NCBI GenBank assembly: GCA_013042055.1
Contig: JABDQW010000023.1
Span: forward strand, 1-48,208
Length of the DNA: 48,208 bases
Reading direction: 5' to 3'
Source of the DNA: Gammaproteobacteria bacterium
Lineage (GTDB): Bacteria > Pseudomonadota > Gammaproteobacteria > SZUA-229
This document shows, piece after piece, positions 20,987 through 30,266 of this stretch. Both the position numbers and the translations under genes were made by a program. Below the pieces are notes generated by a model that saw only the letters and a program-made list of their open reading frames with translations, did not search any database and had not been told where the DNA came from. Numbering within the stretch: the stretch's first letter is position 1; every line of letters begins with the position of its first letter.

Positions 20987-23170
20987 CTAATGTGTCCGAT
21001 GTCGACCGCTGTGCATGCCTCCTGGATTCGCGTCGGGAACGGCATAGGGTTCCTGCATTAACAGTTGAGCGATGACATCGGCTGGCAAGGGTTTACAGAA
21101 CAGAAACCCCTGCGCTTCGTTACAGTCAATTTCCTGCAGATAATCCAATTGCTGCTGGGTTTCAACACCTTCGGCAATAACGTTCAAGTTTAAACCCTTG
21201 CCCATCGCGACGATGGTGTTGATGATAGACTTGCCGGTATGCTTCATGTTCACTTCCTTTATGAAGGTACGGTCTATTTTTAATGTGTGAATTGGTAGTT
21301 TGTGTAAATAGCTCAACGAGGAATAACCGGTACCGAAGTCGTCAATCGCTATATATACGCCTCTTTTACTGATGTTCTTTAGTTTGTGTATGATGCTATC
21401 CATGTCGCTCATAATTGTATTTTCGGTGATTTCGATTTCAAGGCAGTGACCTGGAATACCATTATCCCTGAGAACATTGGAGACGTATTTGATAATGTTT
21501 TTATCGGCAAGCTGACGAGCCGACATATTGATTGACATACGTATCTCTGGAAGACCAGCATCTCGCCATCTTTTCAGTTCAGCGCAGGCGTTGCTCAGCA
21601 CCCAATGGCCGACGTCAACAATCATGCCGGTCTCCTCGGCAAATGGGATAAACTCCGCGGGAGTGATGAGTCCGTGTGCCGGATGATTCCAGCGTAACAG
21701 CGCCTCGACGCCAACGATGTCACCTGACTTGATATTGATTTGCGGTTGATAAACTAGCTGAAATTCATTATTTTCCAGTGCCTTGTGGATGCCTGTTTCC
21801 AGCGAAAGATTCTGGAAATAGGGTGTTGTCATATCAGTGCTGTAGAACTTGAAATTGTTTTTACCTGTATCTTTGACATGATACATGGCGACGTCGGCGT
21901 GTTTGATCAATGTGTCCATATCCTTGCCATCGCGCGGAAATATCGATATGCCAATGCTGGCGCTGACATAAAGTTCGTTACCGTTGATGATGAATGGCCC
22001 TTTTAAGACTTCATTGATTTTTCCGGCAATTTTGCTGATATCTTCCTTGCCATTACCTATTTTTGGAAGCAACAGCGTGAATTCATCACCTCCGAAACGA
22101 GCAAGCGTATCACCTTCTCTAATACAGCTTTTCAAGCGTGTGCTGACTTGTTGTAGCAATTCATCACCAATAACATGACCCAGCGAATCGTTTATATTCT
22201 TGAAGCGGTCAAGATCAAGAAACATCACGGCCAGCATCTCCTGTTCACGTTTTGCTTGTGAAATCGCGAGACCAAGGCGGTCTCTTAACAGGGCGCGGTT
22301 CGGCAGGTTGGTCAGCAGATCATGATGTGCTTGAAAGTTGATGGTTTCCTCGGCGATCTTGCGCTCAGTGATATCGCGCGCTACGCCGTAAGTGCCTGCG
22401 TAGCTTTTTTTTCTCGAATCGCTCTCACTTGTATACATGCCCACAGAACTGAGTTCAACGGGTAGTGTGCGCGTATCAAAAATATGTTGTGAGCTTTCGT
22501 CTTTGTATTTCAAGCGTATCTCGACGTTACGCGATGCGCGCTCACCAACACGTCGTTCATTGAAGATATAGCGGGCAGCCTCGAGATCTGTTTGGTATAC
22601 CAGGTATGAATAGTGTTTTCCGATGAGTTCCTTGGGGTTATAACCCAACAGTGTTTCAATACGGTCGTTAATGAAAGTGAAATGCCCGTCGCGGTCGAGC
22701 ATATAAATGATGTCGGGCGAGGTATTGACTAAATATCGGTGAAGGCGCTCGGACTCACGTAATTGATCTTGTATTAGTGTGTTTTGTTTTTGCAGATGGA
22801 TTTCATTTAGCGCATTGTTGATTGTAATGATCAATTCGTCAGTGGCATACGGTTTGCGCAAAAAATCATAAGCGCCCTGTGAGCAGGCGTCTCTGGCTGC
22901 TTCGAAAGATGTCTCGCCACTAACGACAATGACGGATGCGCTCATCTGCTCTTGTTTGATGTGACGCATCACGTCATGGCCATTGACATAAGGCATTTGC
23001 AGATCCAGCAACACCAGGTCGTATTCTTTCTGGTCAAGGCAGACGATGGCTTCACGACCGCCGATAGCCGTATCGGCATCAATGCCACGTAAAGCGAGCA
23101 GGTCTCTCAGGCTCTTTAGTACTATGGGGTCGTCGTCGACGATGAGGATATTCTGTTCATTATGGCTCAT
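20987..23170 (-). CDS. REC-PAS-GGDEF-EAL c-di-GMP response regulator
   Basis: ILIVDDD...LLDLQMP receiver; PAS domain; REGD I-site five residues before an intact GGDEF; VEALLRW, DDFGTGYSS and EGVE in the EAL domain. Confidence 0.93.
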   Translation of the reverse strand: MSHNEQNILIVDDDPIVLKSLRDLLALRGIDADTAIGGREAIVCLDQKEYDLVLLDLQMPYVNGHDVMRHIKQEQMSASVIVVSGETSFEAARDACSQGAYDFLRKPYATDELIITINNALNEIHLQKQNTLIQDQLRESERLHRYLVNTSPDIIYMLDRDGHFTFINDRIETLLGYNPKELIGKHYSYLVYQTDLEAARYIFNERRVGERASRNVEIRLKYKDESSQHIFDTRTLPVELSSVGMYTSESDSRKKSYAGTYGVARDITERKIAEETINFQAHHDLLTNLPNRALLRDRLGLAISQAKREQEMLAVMFLDLDRFKNINDSLGHVIGDELLQQVSTRLKSCIREGDTLARFGGDEFTLLLPKIGNGKEDISKIAGKINEVLKGPFIINGNELYVSASIGISIFPRDGKDMDTLIKHADVAMYHVKDTGKNNFKFYSTDMTTPYFQNLSLETGIHKALENNEFQLVYQPQINIKSGDIVGVEALLRWNHPAHGLITPAEFIPFAEETGMIVDVGHWVLSNACAELKRWRDAGLPEIRMSINMSARQLADKNIIKYVSNVLRDNGIPGHCLEIEITENTIMSDMDSIIHKLKNISKRGVYIAIDDFGTGYSSLSYLHKLPIHTLKIDRTFIKEVNMKHTGKSIINTIVAMGKGLNLNVIAEGVETQQQLDYLQEIDCNEAQGFLFCKPLPADVIAQLLMQEPYAVPDANPGGMHSGRHRTH

Positions 23171-23246
23171 TTTCTCTTTACTCTATGGTGCAGTGCGCCC
23201 CAGTCTTTCGCGTTCTCTATTGATCAGCAAATACCAGGATAAGCGC

Positions 23247-25376
23247 TTATTCTTGTATATTTCGTGGCAGTAGTATGTGAAAACTCGTGCCTTTATCGCT
23301 GCTCCTGCAGCTGATAGAGCCGTGTAGTTCATTCACAAGATTTTTTACGATTGTAAGCCCCAAACCTGCATGTCCCTCACCTTTTGTTGTTGTTACTGGT
23401 GAGAACAGATCAGGTAAAATCTTGGCTGGAATACCCGGCCCGTCGTCGGCAACACAGATCTCAAAGTGTGCTTTTCCATCGACGTTTACCTGGTCTTGAG
23501 TGTAGACCATAATCTGGCCCTCTGCAGGAAGTGCCTCAACTGCATTTTTTACCAGGTTCGTATAGATCTGTTTTATCGCGTCCGCGTTGGTCGAGATCGG
23601 CGGCATACTTTCATCGAGATTGAGACTGATATCAATGTCATGCGCACCGAACAGGGACGTCTGAAACATGTGCGATAAGTCAGCGATCAGCCCATTGACA
23701 TCAACCGGAACGCTCTCGCTAATATCGGCCTCAACCGAGATGGGCTGCGCGAGATTTTCAAGCATCGTACTGATGCGCTGGATCTCGGCGCGGATAGTTG
23801 CCAGATCCTGTTGCGCTGGGTCATCACCTTCGAGCTGGATGCCAAGTATTTCCAGGTAGTTGTTGATGATAGTCAGAGGGTTACGTACCTCGTGTATGAC
23901 TTCTCTGGCGCGGGCTTTGAGGAATTTTTCCGGGTCGATTCCCATGTGATCCTCGCGCTGGTTACGAAATTCGGCAAGTGAGGTACTGATGGTGCGCGCT
24001 ATCTCATTAGCAAAGCGTTTTAACAACCCTTGTTGGTTCGATAACGCGGGTAATTGTGCTTCATCGATTCCCAGCAGCAACGTCCCTATTGCGGCGTTGT
24101 GTACGATTAGTGGCATGCAAAACAAACCTTCCTTATTGTTCAGGTCGATCAACTGGCAATCGAGAATGGAGAGATTGTCCGGGTCTTTATTGAATGAATG
24201 AATAGCGCGCATTTCCAGCAGAGCATCAGTCACAATGCTGCGACCCGGTTCGAGCGGTATGCTAATGTGTTGCAAGTGGGGATCGTTTTCAGTCGTCGAC
24301 GTTGCTTGAATCTTGTCATCAGCGGCGTCGTACAGGAAAAGTATACAGTCATTGATCCCGAATAAGACTGCTATATTCTGCTGTAGTGCTTTCAATAGGG
24401 CGCGTTTGCCGTCGATGCGTGAGAAGTGTTGGTGAACGCCGTCAAGCATCGCGATATCGCGAATTTGCTCGGCCAGCTTGACCTGCTTCAACTGGTCAGT
24501 GGACATGATTTTGTCGATGGTTTCGTTATCGATGTTAATATCGCGTGTTGCGATCCCGAACTTTTCGGCGATTTTTCCGATTTTCTCGTCGCAATTAGCC
24601 CGTATCTTCTCTATCAAGTCTGCAGGAAGTCCAAATAACTGTCGCGCGGCATTGTGTGCTTGCTCGGTATTGTCTCTATAGTTGTCATGGCTTATCAGGT
24701 TGGCCAGGTTAATGATCTTGACTAATGGATGTGCATCGAGGATTTTAGTGATGGGCTCGTGGTGGTACATGATGGCGTCGGCGAGGAACGGATGGCCATC
24801 GCGTAGTACGAACAGTTGAGCACCAACATGGCAGTGGGTGGTGTCGAGCTGATCGCTTTCCATCGTGTGTACATTTTCGTCTTCATCGACGTGAGTTAAC
24901 TCGGCGGTGTATCTATCCGGGTAGGCAGATTCCATAACCAGCTGACCCGCGTCGTGCAACAGGCCCGCAAACCAGGCTTCGCCGGTATGTTGGTAGTCCG
25001 TGAGTTGAGCGAGCTGCTCTGCAACGCAGCCACAATAGATCGAGTGGCGCCAGTGTCGCTTGAGAAAATCCATGCGCTGCTGGCTGCTGCGTGAAAAAAA
25101 CTGATGAACTGCTGAGGTTATCGCAATGCTTTTGATGGTATTGATACCCAGGCGCGACAGCTGTTTTTCAAGATTTTTCAGGCTTGTGCATTCGTTACCA
25201 CAAGAAGAAATCACCTTCACGCAGAGAGCGGGATCGTTTTGAATGATGTTGGCCAGCTTGTCGAACGACACGTTCTCATCTTGGCAGGTCTCGAGCAGTT
25301 GCACTAGCACGTGCGGCAAGGTAGGCAGTTTATGAATATCTGTCTTCTGAAGTAGTCGTATTGCTTGTTTATGCAT
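23247..25376 (-). CDS. HDOD-GAF-HisKA-HATPase cytoplasmic histidine kinase
   Basis: LPTLP...DPAL...WRHS...AGLLHD (HDOD); IHEVRNPL H-box; NLVKNAVEA, DDGPGI, GLGL. Start taken at MHKQ. Confidence 0.9.
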   Translation of the reverse strand: MHKQAIRLLQKTDIHKLPTLPHVLVQLLETCQDENVSFDKLANIIQNDPALCVKVISSCGNECTSLKNLEKQLSRLGINTIKSIAITSAVHQFFSRSSQQRMDFLKRHWRHSIYCGCVAEQLAQLTDYQHTGEAWFAGLLHDAGQLVMESAYPDRYTAELTHVDEDENVHTMESDQLDTTHCHVGAQLFVLRDGHPFLADAIMYHHEPITKILDAHPLVKIINLANLISHDNYRDNTEQAHNAARQLFGLPADLIEKIRANCDEKIGKIAEKFGIATRDINIDNETIDKIMSTDQLKQVKLAEQIRDIAMLDGVHQHFSRIDGKRALLKALQQNIAVLFGINDCILFLYDAADDKIQATSTTENDPHLQHISIPLEPGRSIVTDALLEMRAIHSFNKDPDNLSILDCQLIDLNNKEGLFCMPLIVHNAAIGTLLLGIDEAQLPALSNQQGLLKRFANEIARTISTSLAEFRNQREDHMGIDPEKFLKARAREVIHEVRNPLTIINNYLEILGIQLEGDDPAQQDLATIRAEIQRISTMLENLAQPISVEADISESVPVDVNGLIADLSHMFQTSLFGAHDIDISLNLDESMPPISTNADAIKQIYTNLVKNAVEALPAEGQIMVYTQDQVNVDGKAHFEICVADDGPGIPAKILPDLFSPVTTTKGEGHAGLGLTIVKNLVNELHGSISCRSSDKGTSFHILLPRNIQE

Positions 25377-25967
25377 CTGGCTGGTGTTTATGTGTTGTCC
25401 AGGTATACCCGGAAAAATGGTTGGTAGGCGAACGATGTGATCATGCGTATCTGATGAGCGCCGGAGATTTACATTTTTACTTTTCGATTTTGAATATGCA
25501 AGAAACATGTAATATTTTGTAAAAAATAAAACCCGATGGCTTGCAATTTTCTTTAAATTTCAGGCCAGTAGAACTATCAGCCATCGCTACTACCAGGCGA
25601 TGATTGTAATTTTTGATCGCGCTCACTGGCAGCTGATCAATGCCTGGAGCATTGAAATAAGTTGCTTTTGGGCAGAAAATGACGCCTGGCGCGCATGCCG
25701 CGAGAAGGCAGACGCGCACCGCTGTCTGTTTTATTTGATGTTATTTCAGTCAGGTGAAGATAAATCAGCCGGGCTAGCTTGCTGGTAAAATTCAGAGCCT
25801 TCATGCAACATAGGGACTAGCGGTGCCATATTGCGTTAAATCCGGTCGTGTTAATCAATCATAGCAGGCAACGATTGGGCCTGAATATTGGCCAACGACT
25901 GCATTTGTGTTTCGACACGGCGATGAAGATAACATATTTAAACATGCACATAGCGTAGGAGAGCAAA

Positions 25968-26816
25968 TTGAAACATCTATACACATATAAGGTTTGGCTT
26001 TTCATGGCATATATCATGATGGTCGCTGCTAAGGCCCACGCGTACACCGACGATGAGCTGGGTTTTTCAATTGATATCGATGAGAGCTATCAGTTATCGA
26101 GGCAGTATGATGTGATCCGATTCCAGTCGGCAGGCAGTGACAATGTTGTCATTATCAAGAACTGGCCAGGCCTTACTGAGGAAATGGCCAAAGACTATCT
26201 GTTGGGCGGTTACCAAGATGACGTGATTGCCGTTGTTGCTAGCGGTGACGTAAGCAAGCAGGAAGTCGAAAATGGTTCGGGCTTGTTGGTTGATGTAATG
26301 GCGATTGTCCAGCGAAAACTGACGAAAGGTTTGGCTGCGGCTTTTATCGGCAATGATGGTCAGGGTATGGTGCTGCTGGCTGTTGCGGCCGAGAGTGAGT
26401 GGGACCAATTTAGATCTGAGGCTAAACAGATTGCATCGAGCGTAGTATTCAAGCAACCTAGTGCCGGCCCTGATGCACGCGATTGGTACTATATGCTGGC
26501 AGGAAAAAGCTTGGTATTCCGTGGCGAATCCAGCGATACGAGACGCAAGGAAATTCTCCATCTCTGCGGCGACGGCGGTTTCATGCATCGCCTGGCCACG
26601 TCCTCGATGCAGGATTCGGGTACCGGCTCAGCGTTCGGGTTTTCATCGAAGTCCAAATCGGGATCCTGGGAGGTTGTCGATGTTGATGGTGTAAGTCGCT
26701 TGGTATTGCACTACGGTGATGGAAGCGAGGAGTCTGCCGCGATTGAAGACAGGGACGGTCGCTTTTCTCTCGATGGGCGAAGATACATCATAGCGAGAAC
26801 TCGACATTGTCGCTGA
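25968..26816 (+). CDS. Hypothetical exported protein
   Basis: 282-aa ORF with TTG start after AGGAGA and a signal peptide ending AHA; no family recognised. Confidence 0.7.
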   Translation: MKHLYTYKVWLFMAYIMMVAAKAHAYTDDELGFSIDIDESYQLSRQYDVIRFQSAGSDNVVIIKNWPGLTEEMAKDYLLGGYQDDVIAVVASGDVSKQEVENGSGLLVDVMAIVQRKLTKGLAAAFIGNDGQGMVLLAVAAESEWDQFRSEAKQIASSVVFKQPSAGPDARDWYYMLAGKSLVFRGESSDTRRKEILHLCGDGGFMHRLATSSMQDSGTGSAFGFSSKSKSGSWEVVDVDGVSRLVLHYGDGSEESAAIEDRDGRFSLDGRRYIIARTRHCR

Positions 26817-26940
26817 GCCGGCAGATCAGCCAATCCATTAATACGGCGGCCGGGTAAACCCGGCCGCTGTCTCTTGATCGTAGCATCACAGCTGCTTTTA
26901 AGCCGGCATAGCCCGGATGGGCAAATGTTGTTCGAGCAGA

Positions 26941-26996
26941 CCTGTCGCGCTTCAGGCTGGTCTTCGTGTCCGTAAGCTTTTTCTTCCTCAAACCGT
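26941..26996. repeat. Truncated copy (left arm) of the hairpin repeat at 40725-40826
   Basis: 29-nt exact match TTCAGGCTGGTCTTCGTGTCCGTAAGCTT (26951-26979 = 40735-40763) inside a ~56-nt alignment. Confidence 0.8.
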
Positions 26997-27127
26997 GGTG
27001 ACAGCGTTTATTTGTCATCATGACGTTGACAAGCGGAGTGATCACCCCAGGAGCCCAGAAGAATCCGCTGTGGGAATCGATCTATAAATTATGCATTTCT
27101 TTACATATCGATTGATTAGACCAATAG

Positions 27128-27141
27128 TTGATACCCGTCAA
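27128..27141 (+). promoter_or_regulatory. FNR/Anr-type box, class II geometry
   Basis: TTGAT-ACCC-GTCAA (one mismatch to TTGAT-N4-ATCAA). A -10 TAAAAT at 27163-27168 puts the box centre near -41. Confidence 0.65.
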
Positions 27142-27217
27142 GTCTGCTAAATTAGAGCATAGTAAAATACTAATTGAGTAGGTTGATGAATATTTTTATT
27201 GGTATCTGGGGGTATCT

Positions 27218-27349
27218 ATGAAAGAGTGGTTAGACTTGTTATTTGGAAATGCCAGTGGTTTGATGAGTATGATTGTCATCTTTGGGACGATTGCAGTTGC
27301 GGCCTTTCTCGTAACAATGCTGGTGGTTAAATCAAGCCAAGAAAAGTAA
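27218..27349 (+). CDS. Small membrane protein, DUF3149-like (43 aa)
   Basis: Manual translation MKEWLDLLFGNASGLMSMIVIFGTIAVAAFLVTMLVVKSSQEK. The WLDLLFGN..GL.SMIVIFG pattern matches DUF3149 as recalled; GGGGG SD-like sequence; absent from the ORF track. Confidence 0.8.
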   Translation: MKEWLDLLFGNASGLMSMIVIFGTIAVAAFLVTMLVVKSSQEK

Positions 27350-27442
27350 GTTTGTTGATATTGGCGAGTGAGAAGTAGCAAGGGAGGGGCTGGCTTATCG
27401 CAATTTGGGTAGAACTTTCTCCCTTGCTGCATTTTCGCTTAT

Positions 27443-27797
27443 TGGTGGGCCTGGAAGGACTCGAACCTTCGACCAATGGATTCACTTGTCCCCGGTATTT
27501 CTATCGGGAGCGGACTATCTCATCACCCTCAGCTGCCCCATTTTTCAGAACCACTGTTAGAGTGCGGGACGCTTGAACCTGTTATTAAGAACACTCGGTA
27601 TCTAAACCAGTTCTCAGGTAGTCTCTGCACCTTCCGGAAGTGTACTCCCGGTTTGGCTCAGGGTTGCCAGCAGTCGAATCTTTACTGAGACTGGCTGTTA
27701 AGGTTTCCCTGAATTCATCCCGTTCATCTCATTTCTTTCGAAATGAGCGCACCTTTTTTGATGAGTCCACTGCTCTAACCAACTGAGCTACAGGCCC
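27443..27797 (-). tRNA. ileX: tRNA-Ile2 (CAU, lysidine type), intron-containing; exons 27797-27761 and 27482-27443
   Basis: Spliced sequence GGGCCTGTAGCTCAGTTGGTTAGAGCAGTGGACTCAT/AATCCATTGGTCGAAGGTTCGAGTCCTTCCAGGCCCACCA forms a full cloverleaf with CCA. G1-C72 argues against fMet; C4-G69 and C5-G68 are TilS determinants; it lies downstream of rpoD. Confidence 0.93.
27483..27760 (-). ncRNA. Group I self-splicing intron (IC3-like), 278 nt, no ORF
   Basis: P1 CAU|C-AAAAAA-GGUG with U.G at the 5' splice site; P2 with GAAA loop; P3 CGGGAU/GUCCCG; P4 UUCAGGG/CCCUGAG; R GUGCAGAGACUA; S AGAUAGUCC; P9 with GAAA loop; terminal omega-G at 27483. Confidence 0.92.
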
Positions 27798-28037
27798 AAA
27801 AGAACATAAAGTCATCGATGTAACGCAGTGTCGTTGATCGCTCTATTTTTATCCTATGCGCTCACATGCGTGATGATAGCGTATTGGACTGAGCGCTAAC
27901 GCGCACGCAACGAATTATATATGAAACTTTTTAGGCAATCATGAAAAATTCGACATTAGGTTTAAATATACGGGCTGCTGTGGGGTATGGCAACACCCGG
28001 AGCCTGATGTCATACTCCGGATGTCGAGCCGTACAGA

Positions 28038-29888
28038 TTAATTGTTGCTGTCATCGCCGAGGAAGCTGCGCAGGTGTTCCGCTCGGCTTGGATGACGCAG
28101 TTTGCGTAGAGCCTTGGCTTCGATCTGACGAATGCGTTCACGCGTCACATCGAATTGCTTGCCGACTTCTTCCAGTGTGTGATCGGTGTTCATGTCGATG
28201 CCGAAACGCATACGCAAGACCTTGGACTCGCGTGCGGTCAACGTCGTCAAGATATCTTTGGTTGATTCACGCAATGACTCGCTGGTGGCGGAGTCGTCAG
28301 GTGACTGGATATTTAGGTCTTCGATGAAGTCGCCCAGATGTGAATCCTCATCATCACCAATAGGCGTTTCCATCGAAATTGGCTCTTTGGCGATTTTTAG
28401 CACCTTGCGTACCTTGTCTTCCGGCATTTCCATTTTTTCGGCCAGTTCTTCCGGTGTAGGTTCACGGCCCATTTCCTGTAGCATTGCTCGGAAGATGCGG
28501 TTCAGTTTGTTGATCGTTTCGATCATGTGGACGGGAATACGGATAGTGCGTGCCTGGTCTGCGATTGAACGCGTGATTGCCTGGCGTATCCACCAGGTCG
28601 CATAAGTTGAGAATTTATAGCCGCGGCGGTATTCGAATTTATCGACGGCTTTCATCAGGCCGATATTGCCTTCCTGAATCAGGTCAAGGAATTGCAAGCC
28701 GCGGTTGGTGTATTTTTTCGCAATCGAAATGACCAATCGCAAGTTGGCTTCGACCATTTCCTTCTTGGCGCGGCGAGCTTTGGCTTCGCCGATCGACATT
28801 TTGCGGTTGATTTCCTTAATTTCGGAGATTCCGAGGCCGTACTCTTTCTCCAATGCAGCGAGTTTTTGCTGTGTCAGCTTGATCTCGGGTGCCACTTCGG
28901 CGAGCGCGGGTGAATATTCGTGGCCCGTGCAGTATTCGTCTATCCAGTCGACATTGGTCTCGTTCTGGGGGAAGGTCGTTATCATGATCTTGCGCGGCAT
29001 ACGTGCACGATTAACAGCCAAATCAAGAACATGGCGTTCCAGCATGCGAACGCGTTCGATCGTTTTGTGCAGATCGATCGTTAATCGAGACACCGTGGGT
29101 GGTGTGTACTTGAATCCAAGGAACGCAGTGGCCATCGCATGACGCGCCTTCAAGACCGCCTCACGATCGCCTTTGGTGATGGTGTTGGCGGTTCGGGTGT
29201 GAGCGCGCCTGATCTTAGAAAACAGCTTTTTTACGTCCTCGGGATCGAGACCGATATCGACGGGTTCGGTTTTTTCGCTGGCTTTTCCAGCAGCGGCAAG
29301 TTTGGCTTCCTTGGCCGCGTTTTCCAGAGCTTCGGCTGCCAGGCGGTCGAGTTCCTCGTCGCTTTTGTGAAAGTCAGCCACCAAGTCGCTGAGTCGGTTG
29401 TCTCCGGCTTCAACGCCATCCCACATGTTTAGGACGGTGGTGACCGTGTGTGGATTGGTTGCCAACGCTTCCAGAACCTGCTTCAGGCCCTCTTCGATAC
29501 GTTTCGCGATCTCGATTTCACCTTCGCGTGTCAGCAGTTCGACGCTGCCCATTTCGCGCATGTACATGCGCACCGGGTCGGTCGTGCGACCAAGCTCGGT
29601 TTCGATCGATGCGAGTGCCGCTACCGCTTCCTCGGTCGTATCGTCATCCGCTTCACTGACTGAACTGTCACTCAGGATCAGCGACTCGCCTTCCGGGGCG
29701 GTTTCGCACACGTTGATGCCCATGTCGTTGATCGTGTTGATGATATCCTCGACCTGGGAGGGGTCCACAATGCCTTCGGGTAGGTGATCATTGACCTCGG
29801 AATAAGTCAGATAACCCTGCTCTTTACCTTTTGCAATAAGCAGTTTTAAGCGTGATTTCTGTTCTTTTTCAGTTACTTGTAATGCCAT
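28038..29888 (-). CDS. rpoD: RNA polymerase primary sigma factor RpoD
   Basis: Region 1.1 [64 protein letters not shown]. Start taken at MALQV. Confidence 0.98.
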   Translation of the reverse strand: MALQVTEKEQKSRLKLLIAKGKEQGYLTYSEVNDHLPEGIVDPSQVEDIINTINDMGINVCETAPEGESLILSDSSVSEADDDTTEEAVAALASIETELGRTTDPVRMYMREMGSVELLTREGEIEIAKRIEEGLKQVLEALATNPHTVTTVLNMWDGVEAGDNRLSDLVADFHKSDEELDRLAAEALENAAKEAKLAAAGKASEKTEPVDIGLDPEDVKKLFSKIRRAHTRTANTITKGDREAVLKARHAMATAFLGFKYTPPTVSRLTIDLHKTIERVRMLERHVLDLAVNRARMPRKIMITTFPQNETNVDWIDEYCTGHEYSPALAEVAPEIKLTQQKLAALEKEYGLGISEIKEINRKMSIGEAKARRAKKEMVEANLRLVISIAKKYTNRGLQFLDLIQEGNIGLMKAVDKFEYRRGYKFSTYATWWIRQAITRSIADQARTIRIPVHMIETINKLNRIFRAMLQEMGREPTPEELAEKMEMPEDKVRKVLKIAKEPISMETPIGDDEDSHLGDFIEDLNIQSPDDSATSESLRESTKDILTTLTARESKVLRMRFGIDMNTDHTLEEVGKQFDVTRERIRQIEAKALRKLRHPSRAEHLRSFLGDDSNN

Positions 29889-29965
29889 TTGATTGCTGCC
29901 AAGCGTGAATGCAATTATTAAACCCAATCGAAAATTTTAACATTTATCGTTCATGAGATCCATCT

Positions 29966-29994
29966 ATGTGGTGATGCTGGTGACGGTTTTCAAG
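29966..29994 (-). promoter_or_regulatory. Possible sigma-32 promoter for rpoD
   Basis: Minus strand CTTGAAA-N16-CCACAT, compared with the consensus CTTGAAA-N13..17-CCCCAT. Confidence 0.45.
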
Positions 29995-30266
29995 TGCCTT
30001 CGATACATGTTGAAAGACGCAATCTATTCTTGCTCATCCTAGCTTTACTCCAAAGGGTCAATGGATCCCCCGTATTTTTCGCCGCCTGACGAGAGATACG
30101 GGTAAAGATCATGACTATACCAGACCGTTTCTCGATATAATATGACTGTTCGATGCCCATTCAGTTCTGATAATCGGTCAGTAACCGATCAGCGGCGTTC
30201 AGGTGCCGGGATTCCGGTATGGATTCATCATTGCGATGGTGGTCGCGCAAAGAGAGAGAGAAAATT

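Noticed and set aside
25500-27440. Genomic island integrated at the tRNA 3' end
   Set aside because: No integrase and no repeat of the tRNA 3' end is visible.
27476-27688. 70-aa ORF overlapping the intron as a homing endonuclease
   Set aside because: It is antisense to the intron, too short, and has no LAGLIDADG, HNH or GIY-YIG motif.
27443-27797. Split tRNA as attL/attR of an integrated element, or as a pseudogene
   Set aside because: No tRNA sequence is duplicated and there is no integrase; the halves join into a perfect cloverleaf and the insert has a full group I core.
27443-27797. tRNA-Met or tRNA-fMet call from the CAU anticodon
   Set aside because: G1-C72 is paired, the anticodon stem lacks three consecutive G-C pairs, and C4-G69/C5-G68 plus the position after rpoD indicate Ile2.
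27985-28034. Imperfect hairpin after rpoD as an intrinsic terminator
   Set aside because: The stem is interrupted and there is no U tract on the minus strand; too weak to call.
30050-30260. Riboswitch or sRNA in the rpoD-thioredoxin spacer (several short hairpins)
   Set aside because: No recognised aptamer motif or terminator; an Rfam search would be needed to support it.
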